Source: Gammaproteobacteria bacterium
GTDB taxonomy: Bacteria > Pseudomonadota > Gammaproteobacteria > JABCZS01
Reading direction: 5' to 3'
NCBI GenBank assembly: GCA_013289085.1
Contig: JABDAR010000002.1
Span: 69,943 to 133,942, forward strand
DNA: 64,000 nucleotides
The translations under genes and the position numbers were made by a program. How positions within the stretch are numbered: position 1 is the first letter of the stretch; each line of letters opens with the position of its first letter. A model generated the notes under the pieces. The model was not told the origin of the DNA and searched no databases. It worked only from the letters and a program-made list of their open reading frames with translations. Positions 1-11,600 of the stretch are shown here, piece by piece.

Positions 1-117
1 TAATTTTATTTTTGGGAATGTTTGCGGCACATAAAGTCCACCATCCGGTGCAAGACCACTTTGTATAGCTGTTGCAAAATCAATTAAATCATGACCACGG
101 GTGCTTAAATATTTCAT
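1..117 (-). CDS. thrC: threonine synthase, N-terminal fragment (continues past window edge)
   Basis: Reverse-strand translation from the ATG at 117..115 gives MKYLSTRGHDLIDFATAIQSGLAPDGGLYVPQTFPKIKL. This matches the ThrC N-terminal signature (STRG ... GLA.DGGLYVP). The start overlaps the thrB stop (ATGA). It is absent from the ORF track because it is truncated. Confidence 0.8.
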   Translation of the reverse strand, partial: MKYLSTRGHDLIDFATAIQSGLAPDGGLYVPQTFPKIKL

Positions 118-1055
118 AGAACTTGAGCGCCTTGTTTGCTAATTAGCGATACGTACTGATCGCTTGCTAAATTAAAATCTGCAAAAGCCGATTGCATCGC
201 GTTTGCAATATCTATTGCCCTTTCTTGATTAGGCGCAAATGCAAATACACTTGGACCTGAACCTGAAATCGATGCACCTAATGCACCGTTTTCAAGTGCA
301 GCATTTTTAACGGCTGCAAATCCCGGAATTAAACGCGCACGTTTAGGTTCAATAATACAATCATGCAAAGATTCTTGTAATAATATTAAATCTTTAGTAT
401 ATAACGCTGAAATAAATCCCGCTAAATAAGCTGACTGCTTAATATGATCCAGCAATAAAATTTCTTTAGATAATACGGCTCTTGATGCTTTGGTATCTAA
501 ACGCATATGCGGATGGACAATGACCACATAAATATCAGGCACGGGTAATTCTAAAATTCTAATCGGATTAAGCGATTGCGTTAAAGTGATGCCGCCGTAT
601 AAACAAGGAATCACATTATCACTGTGCGCAGTGCCAACGGCAACTTTCTCGCCATGTAATGCATATTTAATTAATTGTGGATTGGTTAAAGGTTTTTCTA
701 AAAATGCATTAACGGCTACTAATGCAGCAACGCTAGATGCAGCTGAACCACCCATACCGCAGCCTAAGGCTAAACCTTTTTTAATGTGAATAGAAAATCC
801 GGTTTCTATATTTAAATCTTGGCAGAAAAAATTCACCACTGCTGAAGCTGTATTTTTGTCAGGATCTAACGGTAACTCATCTGCAGAATCTATTTTATCA
901 ATAATAATTTGATTATCATCTCGGCGCGTGAGCGTAACAATATCACCCACATTTTCAATGGCAAAACCTAGTAAATCAAAACCGACAGCGACGTTAGCAC
1001 AAGTGGCTGGCGCAAAGGCGCTGATTGTTGTTAAATTATTTAATAATGTTGTCAT
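114..1055 (-). CDS. thrB: homoserine kinase
   Basis: 313 aa with a GHMP-kinase glycine/serine loop (GLALGCGMGGSAASSVAAL). It sits between thrA and thrC with overlapping stop/start codons. Confidence 0.85.
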   Translation of the reverse strand: MTTLLNNLTTISAFAPATCANVAVGFDLLGFAIENVGDIVTLTRRDDNQIIIDKIDSADELPLDPDKNTASAVVNFFCQDLNIETGFSIHIKKGLALGCGMGGSAASSVAALVAVNAFLEKPLTNPQLIKYALHGEKVAVGTAHSDNVIPCLYGGITLTQSLNPIRILELPVPDIYVVIVHPHMRLDTKASRAVLSKEILLLDHIKQSAYLAGFISALYTKDLILLQESLHDCIIEPKRARLIPGFAAVKNAALENGALGASISGSGPSVFAFAPNQERAIDIANAMQSAFADFNLASDQYVSLISKQGAQVL

Positions 1056-3457
1056 ATGATCGATACCAATCTTAATACATCCGCAAAAATACCTGCTGCA
1101 GTCACTTCCGCGCCTGCGCCTGGACCTTGAATAATCAAGGGCTGTTTATCATAACGTTTAGTTCTAAAACATAACATATTATCGGCGCCCGATAAACGTG
1201 CAAATGGATGATCTAAAGGATAAGATTTCATTGCCACTCGCACTGTGCCATTTGCTTCAATTGAACCTACATAAACAAATTTTTCGTTGGCTTTGGTTGC
1301 AGCTTCCACACGCGTTTGCATTAAATGGTCAAACTCGGGTAAGCGTGTCATAAATTCATCTACAGAACATTCACGTAACGCTTCAGGAATTAAATTTTCC
1401 ACAGTAACATCAGCAAGTGTTGTAGAAAATCCTAATTCACGCGCGAGCACTACCATTTTACGCGCAACATCCATGCCGGATAAATCATCACGCGGATCAG
1501 GTTCTGTATAGCCTAATGCTTTTGCTTGTTTCACCACACTTGAAAACGGTTGTCCAAGTGATAGCTCATGAAAAATATAGCCTAATGTGCCAGAAACCGT
1601 ACCTTCAATGCTATAAACATCATCGCCCGTTTGAATTAAATCTTGTAAAGTTTTAATAACAGGTAAACCTGCGCATACTGTAGTTTCATATAAAAAATGT
1701 CGGCCTAAATTTTTAGCGTTAGCTTTGAGTTCCTGATAATAGTTAAAATCACCAGAGCCTGCGCGTTTATTCGGCGTAATAATATGTGCACCTTTTTTCA
1801 TCCAATCTAAATAACGTGCTGCAATTTGATCACTCGCCGTACAATCAATAATGACGGCATGCGGAATATCTTCAGCGATAATATAATCTGAAAATTTATC
1901 TAAATCGGTGGGTTCCAGAATGCCATCAGATAAACGCATTTGCTTTGAATTAGCAATGCCACGCACATAAAGATTAATACCATCATTTTCAGCTAAATTT
2001 TTTCGCGTGTGTTCAATTTGTTTTAATAAACTACTGCCGACCAGTCCGCTGCCAATCACGCCTATTGAAATAGCTTTATTGGATAAATAAAATCCACCAT
2101 GCACAGCGCGCATCGCACGATTAATTTCTTGACTCGCAACGACCAAAGAAATATTGCGTTCACTAGATCCTTGTGCAATTGCACGAATATTAACATGGGC
2201 ATTAAATAAACTTTGCGTAAGTTTTGCGAGTATGCCGCGCGTTCCAATCATTCCTTCACCGACTACAGCTAAAATACTGCAATGTTCATCGCAGCTGATA
2301 CGCTCAATAATTTTTTCTTTTATTTCAAATTTTAATTGCTCGTTTAATACATTCAAAGCCTCTTGTGATTGCACTGCAGGAATGGCAAAGCAAATAGAAT
2401 GTTCACTGCTCGCTTGGGTAATTAAAATAATGGAAATATGTTTGGCTTGCAAAATACCAAATAGTTTCGCAGCAAATCCTGAAACACCTATCATGCCTGC
2501 GCCTTCAATATTTATTAACGCAATATTTTCAATACTACTAATGCCGCGGATAGGTAAATTTGATGGCTTGATCGATTGATGTATCATTGTGCCTTTGGCA
2601 TCAACGTTATAGCTGTTGCGAATTAAGATGGGGATTTGATCTTCAATTGCAGGAGCAATTGCTTTTGGATGCAATACACCCGCACCAAAATAGGCAAGCT
2701 CTAAAGCTTCTTCATAAGATAATTCATCTAAAACAAAAGCAGAAGGCACGCGTTTTGGATCAGCGCTGTAAACACCATCAACATCAGTCCAAATAATTAA
2801 TTCTCTTGCATGTACTAATTTTGCAATAATCGCAGCAGAATAATCGCTGCCATTACGTCCTAAAATAGTACGCTTACCATTTTCATCACGCGCGGTAAAA
2901 CCTGGAATCACCATAATGGCATCAGGATTTTCTGTTAAATAAGATTGTAATTGTGTTTCACTTTGAGCCCAATCAATCGCCAAAGTATCTTGATGGATGT
3001 AAGTGTGAATGACATCCAGCGCATCAACAAAAACTGCTTTTTTTGTTTGGGCAAGATAAGCTGTTAATATTTGTGCGGACCACAATTCGCCATAGCTTAA
3101 GACTAAATCACGTATTTGTTCTGAATAAGAGGCAACAACAGCAACTGTAGATAAAATATTTTTTATATTATGAATATCATGAGTTAACAAATCTAGAAGA
3201 TGCGTTTGTGCATCCCCTGTCAGTAAAGTATCAATGACTGTTTTATGGGCATTAAAAATAGGATCGATAATGCTGTCTATAGCTTGTTTATCTTTTGCCG
3301 CGTCTAAAGCAAATTGCAAAGCATTAGTGGTTTTATCCATGGCGGACACCACAACAATAGGATGATCGCCTGTTATTAATGGGGTAATAGCATTCAGTCG
3401 CACTGCGTCCTTAACACTACTACCGCCAAATTTATGAACTATATAGGTAGATGACAT
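1052..3457 (-). CDS. thrA: bifunctional aspartokinase / homoserine dehydrogenase
   Basis: Aspartokinase N-terminus (YIVHKFGGSSV) and homoserine dehydrogenase C-terminus (GPGAGAEVTAAGIFADVLR). The ORF is open to 3490, but the ATG at 3457 (MSSTYIVHKFGG) follows GAGAG by 5 nt and matches ThrA N-termini better. Confidence 0.9.
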   Translation of the reverse strand: MSSTYIVHKFGGSSVKDAVRLNAITPLITGDHPIVVVSAMDKTTNALQFALDAAKDKQAIDSIIDPIFNAHKTVIDTLLTGDAQTHLLDLLTHDIHNIKNILSTVAVVASYSEQIRDLVLSYGELWSAQILTAYLAQTKKAVFVDALDVIHTYIHQDTLAIDWAQSETQLQSYLTENPDAIMVIPGFTARDENGKRTILGRNGSDYSAAIIAKLVHARELIIWTDVDGVYSADPKRVPSAFVLDELSYEEALELAYFGAGVLHPKAIAPAIEDQIPILIRNSYNVDAKGTMIHQSIKPSNLPIRGISSIENIALINIEGAGMIGVSGFAAKLFGILQAKHISIILITQASSEHSICFAIPAVQSQEALNVLNEQLKFEIKEKIIERISCDEHCSILAVVGEGMIGTRGILAKLTQSLFNAHVNIRAIAQGSSERNISLVVASQEINRAMRAVHGGFYLSNKAISIGVIGSGLVGSSLLKQIEHTRKNLAENDGINLYVRGIANSKQMRLSDGILEPTDLDKFSDYIIAEDIPHAVIIDCTASDQIAARYLDWMKKGAHIITPNKRAGSGDFNYYQELKANAKNLGRHFLYETTVCAGLPVIKTLQDLIQTGDDVYSIEGTVSGTLGYIFHELSLGQPFSSVVKQAKALGYTEPDPRDDLSGMDVARKMVVLARELGFSTTLADVTVENLIPEALRECSVDEFMTRLPEFDHLMQTRVEAATKANEKFVYVGSIEANGTVRVAMKSYPLDHPFARLSGADNMLCFRTKRYDKQPLIIQGPGAGAEVTAAGIFADVLRLVSII

Positions 3458-3530
3458 AATAACTCTCATAACTAATAGGCTATCTTGCACAATTATTTAT
3501 GAAAAAGCTAGTTCCGTATTTTTGCAGTAT

Positions 3531-4391
3531 TTAAACTAAAAGCTTTTGCTGTTGTTCTTGTTGATCCCCATTGTTACGATTTTTTGACCATTGCTGGCAT
3601 TTAACATAACCATGCTTGGATATCACTGCAATCATGTTTAACGCACAACAACCACCAAGAATGCCGCCAATAATTGTAGCTGCGAGTATTAATTCGCTAT
3701 AATCTTTTTGTGGGTCGCAAGTATCCTTTACATGACTTTTTAAATCATCTTCAAATTTTTTACATAAAGCATCAGTAATATTTTGCCCAGCTACTTGTGT
3801 GTAAATTTGCACTTTATCAACCCAGCCTGAGCTCAGTCCATAGCCATCCAGTTTGATTTCAAAATCGAATTTACAAAGGTCCACCAACTCTTGTGCGCTA
3901 AAACCATATTCATCTATTAATTTTGGAAAATAATCATCGATCACATCTTTAACACACTTATACATATCAGCACCATTTGGCTCAACGTTGTCAGAATCTG
4001 CGGTTAATTTCCAACACACATCAGCGGCCGCTTGCGCAATATTGTCCAAATTTGTATTCATGTAAGCAAAACATTCAGTCTCTATATCTTTATCTCTAGT
4101 CGGCTCACAATAAGCTGTATTATTGGTTTTTGTCCAATTGGATGCAATATTGGTCAATGATGAATTGACAAGATAAATAGCTTCTTGATATTGATTAACG
4201 GGTAGCGATTTAACTATAGGCAAATTGGATAATAACACGCTGATAGCACTGGCAAATTTAACAACAGGGTTTATTTTAATACCCGATTGAGCATTTGACC
4301 ACGCAGTCGTTTTGGGTCCAGGATTGTTAATAGCACTATAAGGATTATAGTTATGCGTTTTTTTACGATTTTTTGTTTGATTTTTTGGCAT
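3531..4391 (-). CDS. hypothetical Cys-rich protein with a single C-terminal transmembrane helix (tail-anchored topology)
   Basis: 286-aa ORF with a basic N-terminus (MPKNQTKNRKKTH) and no signal peptide. More than 10 Cys are spread through the soluble part. Hydrophobic helix LILAATIIGGILGGCCALNMIAVI lies near the C-terminus, followed by a Q-rich tail. I recognise no family. Confidence 0.6.
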   Translation of the reverse strand: MPKNQTKNRKKTHNYNPYSAINNPGPKTTAWSNAQSGIKINPVVKFASAISVLLSNLPIVKSLPVNQYQEAIYLVNSSLTNIASNWTKTNNTAYCEPTRDKDIETECFAYMNTNLDNIAQAAADVCWKLTADSDNVEPNGADMYKCVKDVIDDYFPKLIDEYGFSAQELVDLCKFDFEIKLDGYGLSSGWVDKVQIYTQVAGQNITDALCKKFEDDLKSHVKDTCDPQKDYSELILAATIIGGILGGCCALNMIAVISKHGYVKCQQWSKNRNNGDQQEQQQKLLV

Positions 4392-4489
4392 GATAATTTC
4401 TCTAAGTGTTGTGAGTGAAATAAATTACACTCACAACTTATCATATGTACAAAAAATAAACAAAATATTTATTATTAATAAAATATTAA

Positions 4490-5743
4490 TTAACGCTTCA
4501 TAGCATCAAAGAAATCTTCGTTCGTCTTCGTCGTTTTCAAGCGTTCAATCAAAAATTCCATCGCAGCAATTTCATCCATCGGATGAAGAATCTTACGCAG
4601 AATCCATAATTTTTGCAGCTCATCAGGTTTTGTTAATAACTCTTCACGACGAGTGCCTGAACGATTAATATTGATTGCTGGATAAACACGTTTTTCAGCG
4701 ATACGACGATCTAAATGCAATTCCATATTACCGGTGCCTTTAAATTCTTCGTAAATCACTTCGTCCATTTTGGAACCGGTGTCTACTAAGCAAGTAGCGA
4801 TAATCGATAAACTGCCGCCTTCTTCAATATTACGTGCCGCACCAAAAAAGCGTTTGGGTCTTTGCAGCGCGTTTGCATCCACACCACCTGTTAATACTTT
4901 TCCTGATGCAGGAATGACAGTGTTATATGCACGGGCTAAACGTGTGATCGAATCTAGTAAAATAATAACATCATGTTTATGTTCAACTAGACGTTTGGCT
5001 TTTTCCATGACCATTTCAGCCACTTGTACGTGACGGGTTGCAGGTTCATCAAATGTACTGGCAATAACTTCTCCACGAACAGATCGCGCCATTTCTGTCA
5101 CTTCTTCTGGACGTTCATCAATTAATAATACAATTAATTTACATTCAGGATAATTTTGCGCAATCGAATGTGCCATATTTTGCAGCATCATTGTTTTACC
5201 AGCTTTCGGTGGTGATACTATCAAACCACGTTGACCTTTACCTATGGGCGCTGCTAAATCTATTACACGGGCTGTCAGATCTTCTGTTGAACCATTGCCT
5301 TGTTCCATACGCATACGATCGCTTGGAAATAAAGGCGTGAGATTTTCAAATAAAATTTTGTCGCGACAATTTTCTGGCGGTTCGTAATTAATTTCATCTA
5401 CTTTCAACAAAGCAAAATAACGCTCACCTTCTTTAGGTGGGCGAATCAAACCAGAAACAGTATCGCCCGTGCGCAAATTAAAGCGTCTAATTTGACTAGG
5501 AGATACATAAATATCATCTGGACCTGCAAGATAAGAACTATCAGCAGAGCGTAAAAAGCCAAAGCCGTCTTGGAGAATTTCCAACACGCCATCACCCGAA
5601 ATATTTTCTTTCTTGGCGTGACTTTTTAAAATATTAAATATAAGGTCTTGTTTACGGGTGCGAGCAAAATTTTCAACGCCTTCTTCCGCAGCAAGCTGCA
5701 TCAGCTCAGCGGCTGGTTTTTTTTTCAGTTCTGTTAAGTTCAT
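4490..5743 (-). CDS. rho: transcription termination factor Rho
   Basis: 417 aa with a Walker A motif (PPKAGKT) and typical Rho N-terminal and RNA-binding regions. It has the conserved trxA-rho arrangement. Confidence 0.95.
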   Translation of the reverse strand: MNLTELKKKPAAELMQLAAEEGVENFARTRKQDLIFNILKSHAKKENISGDGVLEILQDGFGFLRSADSSYLAGPDDIYVSPSQIRRFNLRTGDTVSGLIRPPKEGERYFALLKVDEINYEPPENCRDKILFENLTPLFPSDRMRMEQGNGSTEDLTARVIDLAAPIGKGQRGLIVSPPKAGKTMMLQNMAHSIAQNYPECKLIVLLIDERPEEVTEMARSVRGEVIASTFDEPATRHVQVAEMVMEKAKRLVEHKHDVIILLDSITRLARAYNTVIPASGKVLTGGVDANALQRPKRFFGAARNIEEGGSLSIIATCLVDTGSKMDEVIYEEFKGTGNMELHLDRRIAEKRVYPAININRSGTRREELLTKPDELQKLWILRKILHPMDEIAAMEFLIERLKTTKTNEDFFDAMKR

Positions 5744-5896
5744 AGTTGTATGAGATTTCCTGATAGGATGTTGTTGTTAATGAATAATTGTTTTGGTGGT
5801 TAAACTTTAGATAAAAAAGTGCGGTCAAACATTTATACCCGAAGGTATGAGTGTAAGAGTAACACTTCTTTATCCGAAAATCAATATAGATTTTTA

Positions 5897-6226
5897 CTAA
5901 TCTTTAACATGCGCGTCAATAAATGAGGTGAGTTGCGCCTGGGTCACAGCCCCAACTTGGGTCGCCAACACTTCGCCGCCTTTAAATAACATTAAAGTAG
6001 GAATGCCTCTGACACCGTATTGACTTGGCGTCTGCGTATGATCATCAACATTAATCTTAACCACTTGAATTTTATCAGAATATTGTGCAGCTATGGCCTC
6101 TAATGCCGGTGCAATGGCTTTACAAGGACCGCACCAAGGTGCCCAAAAATCTACTAAAACCGGTATGTCAGCTTCTAAGACCATAGATGTAAAATCATCA
6201 TCGCCTACGGCTTGTATATGTCCCAT
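5897..6226 (-). CDS. trxA: thioredoxin
   Basis: 109 aa with the WCGPCK active site. Confidence 0.95.
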   Translation of the reverse strand: MGHIQAVGDDDFTSMVLEADIPVLVDFWAPWCGPCKAIAPALEAIAAQYSDKIQVVKINVDDHTQTPSQYGVRGIPTLMLFKGGEVLATQVGAVTQAQLTSFIDAHVKD

Positions 6227-6303
6227 CTGTTTTCTCCTTTTTTAAAGTACTAATCATAGCCTGAGTCTTTGCTAAAAATCAATTAGGCCCTACACTTCTT
6301 TTA

Positions 6304-7503
6304 ATGAATATACACGTTTTTTCCAAAACTTTTATGTCTATGGGTGTGATCTTATTGATCATTATCAGCACTGCTGTTGAGACTGATATTTTCCTGCCTA
6401 GCTTTCCTGCATTAAAAGAATATTTTGCTACCACAGAAAGTAAAATCCAATTACTCATCAGCGTTAATTTTATCGGTCTTTGTATAGCTTCATTTTTTTA
6501 TGGACCACTTGCAGATGCTTATGGTCGCAGGCCTGTTTTATTAATCGGTATGTTATTATTTACTTTAAGTAGCATCGCCTGCACTTTGGCGAATAGTTTA
6601 GAAGTGATGTTATTTTGGCGCTTTATACAAGGCTTGGGCGCTAGTGTAACGTTTATTGTGCCAAAAACCATGATTCACGATAAGTATGACCGTGAAGAAG
6701 CGGTTAAAATACTGGGTATTTATGGCAGTATTATCACTTTTGTATTAGCCTTTGCACCCATTATCGGTAATTATTTATATCTCACTTACTCATGGCGTGC
6801 TAATTTTATTTTTATTGCCATATTAGCCACATTTACTTTGTTATCTTCAATCATATTTTTGCGTGAATCACTGCATAAAGAAAAGCGCATTTTGATGCAC
6901 GCACCCACCATCATGAGGAACTATAAAAAATTATTAACTAACCCCACAGCCATGGCCTATTTATATTTATGCTGCGCTATTGTCGGTGCTTATGTGACTT
7001 ATATCACCAATTTATCGTTGATTTTCATTAATCATTTAGGCGTCAGCAAAATTAATTATGGCTACTATCAAGGCGTTATTTTGTTAGTTTTTGCCACCAT
7101 GAGTCTTTTTTCAATTCATATCATCAACCGATTAGGTATGCATTTTACTCGTATTCTGGGCATGAGTATTACTGTCATAGGCGCAATATTATTTTTAGTT
7201 ATTGCCCTATGGTTCCCTAATAGTCCATTATTTATTACCACAAGTATGACCTTATTTACCGGCGGATTAGCGCTTAATTTAGGCATTTTTTCAGGCGATT
7301 ATGTCAATGTCTATCCTGAAATAAAGGGTGTGGCAGCCGCCCTAGGCCGGAGTATAGGACTTATTATCACGTTAATATTTTTAGGTCTTTCTGCATATTT
7401 CTTTGATGGTACTATGCTGCCAATTGCATGGATTACCTTTTTTGCCGGCATATCTTCTTGGGCTGTATTATACTGGTTACATGTTAAAAGGAACTTTTCA
7501 TGA
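6304..7503 (+). CDS. MFS transporter, Bcr/CflA (DHA1) drug-resistance subfamily, copy 1
   Basis: 399 aa with about 12 predicted TM helices. N-terminal motif LPSFPALKEYF...GPLADAYGRRP is typical of Bcr/CflA exporters. It overlaps the next gene by ATGA. Confidence 0.85.
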   Translation: MNIHVFSKTFMSMGVILLIIISTAVETDIFLPSFPALKEYFATTESKIQLLISVNFIGLCIASFFYGPLADAYGRRPVLLIGMLLFTLSSIACTLANSLEVMLFWRFIQGLGASVTFIVPKTMIHDKYDREEAVKILGIYGSIITFVLAFAPIIGNYLYLTYSWRANFIFIAILATFTLLSSIIFLRESLHKEKRILMHAPTIMRNYKKLLTNPTAMAYLYLCCAIVGAYVTYITNLSLIFINHLGVSKINYGYYQGVILLVFATMSLFSIHIINRLGMHFTRILGMSITVIGAILFLVIALWFPNSPLFITTSMTLFTGGLALNLGIFSGDYVNVYPEIKGVAAALGRSIGLIITLIFLGLSAYFFDGTMLPIAWITFFAGISSWAVLYWLHVKRNFS

Positions 7504-8687
7504 GTACACGTATCTTTTCTCAAGCTTTTATGTCCATGGCTGTCGTTATATTGGTCATCATTACTTCCGCAATTGAAACCGATATTTTCCTGCCTAGTTT
7601 CCCTGCACTTAAAGATTATTTTGCGACCAGTGAACAAAAAATTCAAATGTTGATCACGATGAATTTTGTTGGTTTATGCATAGCGTGTTTCTTCTATGGC
7701 CCACTCGCAGATGCATACGGTCGCAGACCCATATTATTAGGGGGTATGTTTTTATTTACTGTCAGTAGCATAGCCTGCACGTTAACCAACAACCTAGATA
7801 CGCTATTATTTTGGCGCTTTATTCAAGGCTTAGGCAGTAGTGTTGCCTTTGTCGTACCTGAGACCATTATTCATGATAACTACAACCGAGAAAAAGCTGC
7901 AAAAATTTTAGGTATTTATGGCAGCATTATCACCTTCGTTATGTCATTTGCACCCATTATTGGCAATTATTTATATTTAACATTTTCCTGGCATGCTAAT
8001 TTTATATTTGTAGCCGTGTTATCCATTATTACTTTTTTAGCAGCATTGATTTTTGTGCGTGAATCACTCCATAAAGAAAAGCGTGTCATTCTGCATCCAC
8101 CTACAATTTTAAGCAGCTACAAAAAAATCCTCACAACACCCAAAGCCATGGCCAATTTATATTTATGTGTAGCCGTATCTGCTGCCTACTTTACATACAT
8201 CGCCAATTTATCCTTAATTTTTATTGATCATTTAAAAGTAGACAAAGAACAATTTGGTTATTATCAAGGATTTATTTTATTAGTTTTTGCAATCATTAGT
8301 TTTTCAGCAGGCAAAATTATCGCTGTCCTAGGATTAAATCGAGCACGCATTTTAGGAACACAAATTACTGTAGCGGGTTCCATATTATTTTTATGCGTAG
8401 CAATATGGGCCGGAGATAGCGCAATACTGATTACATTAGCGATGTCAATATTTACAGGTGGATTAGCTGTCAATTCTGGCATATTTTCTGGGGATTTTAT
8501 CAATATTTATCCTGAAATAAAAGGTATCGCAGCAGCCCTCGGTGCTAGTGTTGGCTTATTAGCGATGTTAGCGCTTATTGCACTATCAGGGATTTTCTTT
8601 AATGGAACGATGATGCCTATTGCTATTATGATATTTTTCTCAGGGATGTCATCGATATTGGTGTTACGTTGGTTGCATACGCATTAA
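7500..8687 (+). CDS. MFS transporter, Bcr/CflA (DHA1) subfamily, copy 2 (tandem paralog)
   Basis: 395 aa, collinear with and highly similar to the upstream gene along its whole length. Its stop TAA (8685..8687) overlaps the NRPS stop (8684..8686) within TTAA. Confidence 0.85.
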   Translation: MSTRIFSQAFMSMAVVILVIITSAIETDIFLPSFPALKDYFATSEQKIQMLITMNFVGLCIACFFYGPLADAYGRRPILLGGMFLFTVSSIACTLTNNLDTLLFWRFIQGLGSSVAFVVPETIIHDNYNREKAAKILGIYGSIITFVMSFAPIIGNYLYLTFSWHANFIFVAVLSIITFLAALIFVRESLHKEKRVILHPPTILSSYKKILTTPKAMANLYLCVAVSAAYFTYIANLSLIFIDHLKVDKEQFGYYQGFILLVFAIISFSAGKIIAVLGLNRARILGTQITVAGSILFLCVAIWAGDSAILITLAMSIFTGGLAVNSGIFSGDFINIYPEIKGIAAALGASVGLLAMLALIALSGIFFNGTMMPIAIMIFFSGMSSILVLRWLHTH

Positions 8688-11600
8688 AAATCAAAGTTTA
8701 TAATTTGCCCAAGTATATTACTGTGATGCGCTTGTTCTAACTGAATCACAGATAGTTGAGTAAGATTAGCGACAGCCTGATCGATATTATTATATTTAAT
8801 ATTATTGATAACATCTTGATCCGCACTCTTAATTGCTTCATAAGCATCATAAGTATCATCCCTTAATAAAGCTTTATATAAAACAATTTTTGTATTATGA
8901 AGCTTACATGAAATTGTCTGTTTATTTAGCATTTCATCGACTTCACTCACAGTCAATATATTGTCTACATATTCTTGACTAAAACCTTGAGCTAATAAAT
9001 GTTTTTTCAAGGCATTATCTTCTTCAGGATCATCAACTGTATAATGGTAGACTGAATCTAATAAATATATTTTAATATTAGTTATTCCTTCCGATTCTAA
9101 AAGAGCGGCCACTTCCAAAGCGATCACTCCACCCAGGGACCAGCCCAAAATATAATAATTATCTTGCTTAGTTTCTTCCATAATGCGTTTTATCGATTGC
9201 AAATAATATTTTGCTAAATCCGTTAATTTATTTATTTTTTTGGTATGATATAAATTATAAGAATCAACTCCAAAACAACTAAATTTATCAGATAATCTTT
9301 CAGCTAAATCATGATAAACTTCACAACCCGCATGACCAGGATGTATCATAAATAAATTTGGTTTCCCGGTGGTATTATTTAACTTCACCGTTGGTTCGTA
9401 TGTTCTTGTTAAAGCCACCTTGTTTTTTAATTGGTTGATGGTTTTGGAAACAAAAAGATCGGATATTTTTAATTGTGAATTGAAACTATGGTTAATTTTA
9501 GATAGTAATTTTATAGATAAAATACTATTACCGCCCAATTTGAAAAAGTCATCGTTTATACCTAGATTTTCTTCTTTCACATCCAATACTTCTGACCAAA
9601 TTTTTACTAATTGCTTTTCAATTTCGCTACGTGGCGCAATATATTTATCTGTACTAGTAAACTCTGTATCAGGCAATGCCCTGCGATCGATTTTACCATT
9701 AATCGTCAAGGGCAATTTATCAATTTTCATGAATATGGCGGGTATCATATATTCAGGTAAATGTTCTGATAAATATTGATTTAAATCATTTTTATCGATC
9801 TCTTGATCAGCAACATAATAACCTACTAAATATTTATTTTCGCCCCCGCATGCTAATACTACTGTTTGCTTAATATTTGGGAAATGAGCTAGCACTGACT
9901 CCACTTCTCCAAGCTCAATTCTAAAACCTCTGATTTTTACCTGAAAATCGCTTCTGCCGATATATTCAATATTGCCATCTGGTAAATAGCGCACTAAATC
10001 ACCAGTTTTATATATCCGTGAATTTTCTTCAAATGGATTATTTATAAATTTTTGTGCGGTTAATTCAGGATTATTGAGATATCCTCTGGCTAAACCAGCA
10101 CCACCTATATATAACTCACCTATAGCTCCAATAGGAACTGGATGTAATTGCGCGTCTAACACATATACTTTGGTATTGGCAATAGGGCAACCGATGTGAA
10201 TAGGCTCATTAGGTTTAAGTAGTGTGGTTGTAGAAACAATGGTCGTCTCAGTAGGCCCGTAACTATTTAAAACTAAAGCTGACGTATCTATTGGATGTAA
10301 ATATTGCTCACCACCCAATATAATCACTTTTATTTTTGATAAAGCATCTTTACTTAAATTTGAAATATAAGATGGAGTTGTATTTAAACAGGTAATTTTA
10401 GCTTTATTGATATAAGAATCTAATAAGTTCATATCTAGTAAAGTTTCTTTATTGACTAAATGCAATGTTGAACCAGATAACAAATTCATAAATATTTGCT
10501 CTACAGCTGCATCAAAAACATAATTTGCGGTAAGTAAAGTTTTTTGATTTTTAAAATTTAAACTGTCATTTTGGAACTTGATTTCATTAACCACACTTTG
10601 ATGTTCGATCATAACACCTTTAGGTTTACCTGTAGTCCCAGAAGTATATATTATATAGGCTAGATTTTTTGAACTTATATTAAGTTCAGGATTGGAAATG
10701 CTTTGCTTTAATAGTAATTTCTCAATAGATTTATCATTTATTGACAATACATTGTTTTTATTTGTAATAGTAGCTTTTGTTTTTATATCCGATAATATAT
10801 ATTTTACTCTATCATCTGGATACTCAGGATCCATTGGAACATATGCGCCTCCAGATTTCAAAACTCCTAATATTGCAATTAACATCTTATCACTTCTATC
10901 CAAACAAAGTGCTACGGGATCATCACCCTTAATTTTATAAGTTTTTCTTAGGTGGTGTGCCAATTGATTGGCTTTATGGTTAAGTTCTTGATAGGTTAAT
11001 TTAACATCTCCATAGACTACAGCTATATTATTAGGGGTTTTTTTGACCTGCTCTTCAAATAATTGATGAATAGTTTTATTTTTAGGATACTTTTTATCAG
11101 TCTCATTCCAGTCGTATATTATTTTCTTATAATACTTAGGTAACAAATAATTTATATTGACGTGTAATTGCTTAGGGTTTTCAATTACTTGTTTGATAAT
11201 TAAATTTATAGTGTCAAGTAAATCTTTTATAGTATTTTTTGAAAATAATTCTCCAGCATATTCAATTTCCAAAATAATTTTCTCTTTATTCTCCATGGCT
11301 GTTAAACATAATGGATAATCTATATCTTCAACAATTGTCTCAAAGTTAACATTTAATCCATTCATTTTAGCATTTTGATCTGGATAATTTTCGAATACTA
11401 ATAAGCTTTCAAATAACCTTTGTCCATCTTTTTGCAATTTTGCTAAGTTCATATTTCCATGGGCGCTCATTTCATTGAGTGAAATTTGAATTGATGATAT
11501 CATTTCAAAGATTGTTTTTGCTTCTTCATGATTGACGATGAGTGGCAACGTATTAATATATAATCCAACAGACTGCTCTATATTATCAATCGGCAGATTA

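Noticed and set aside
3458-3530. Possible thr operon leader peptide or attenuator between the orphan gene and thrA.
   Set aside because: No short minus-strand ORF rich in Thr/Ile codons and no alternative hairpins were found. The only mini-ORF (MKKLVPYFCSI) is on the wrong strand.
7311-7646. 111-aa minus-strand ORF bridging the junction of the two tandem MFS genes.
   Set aside because: It is antisense to both transporter genes and has no motifs. I considered it as a possible regulator of the duplicated pair, but nothing in the sequence supports translation.
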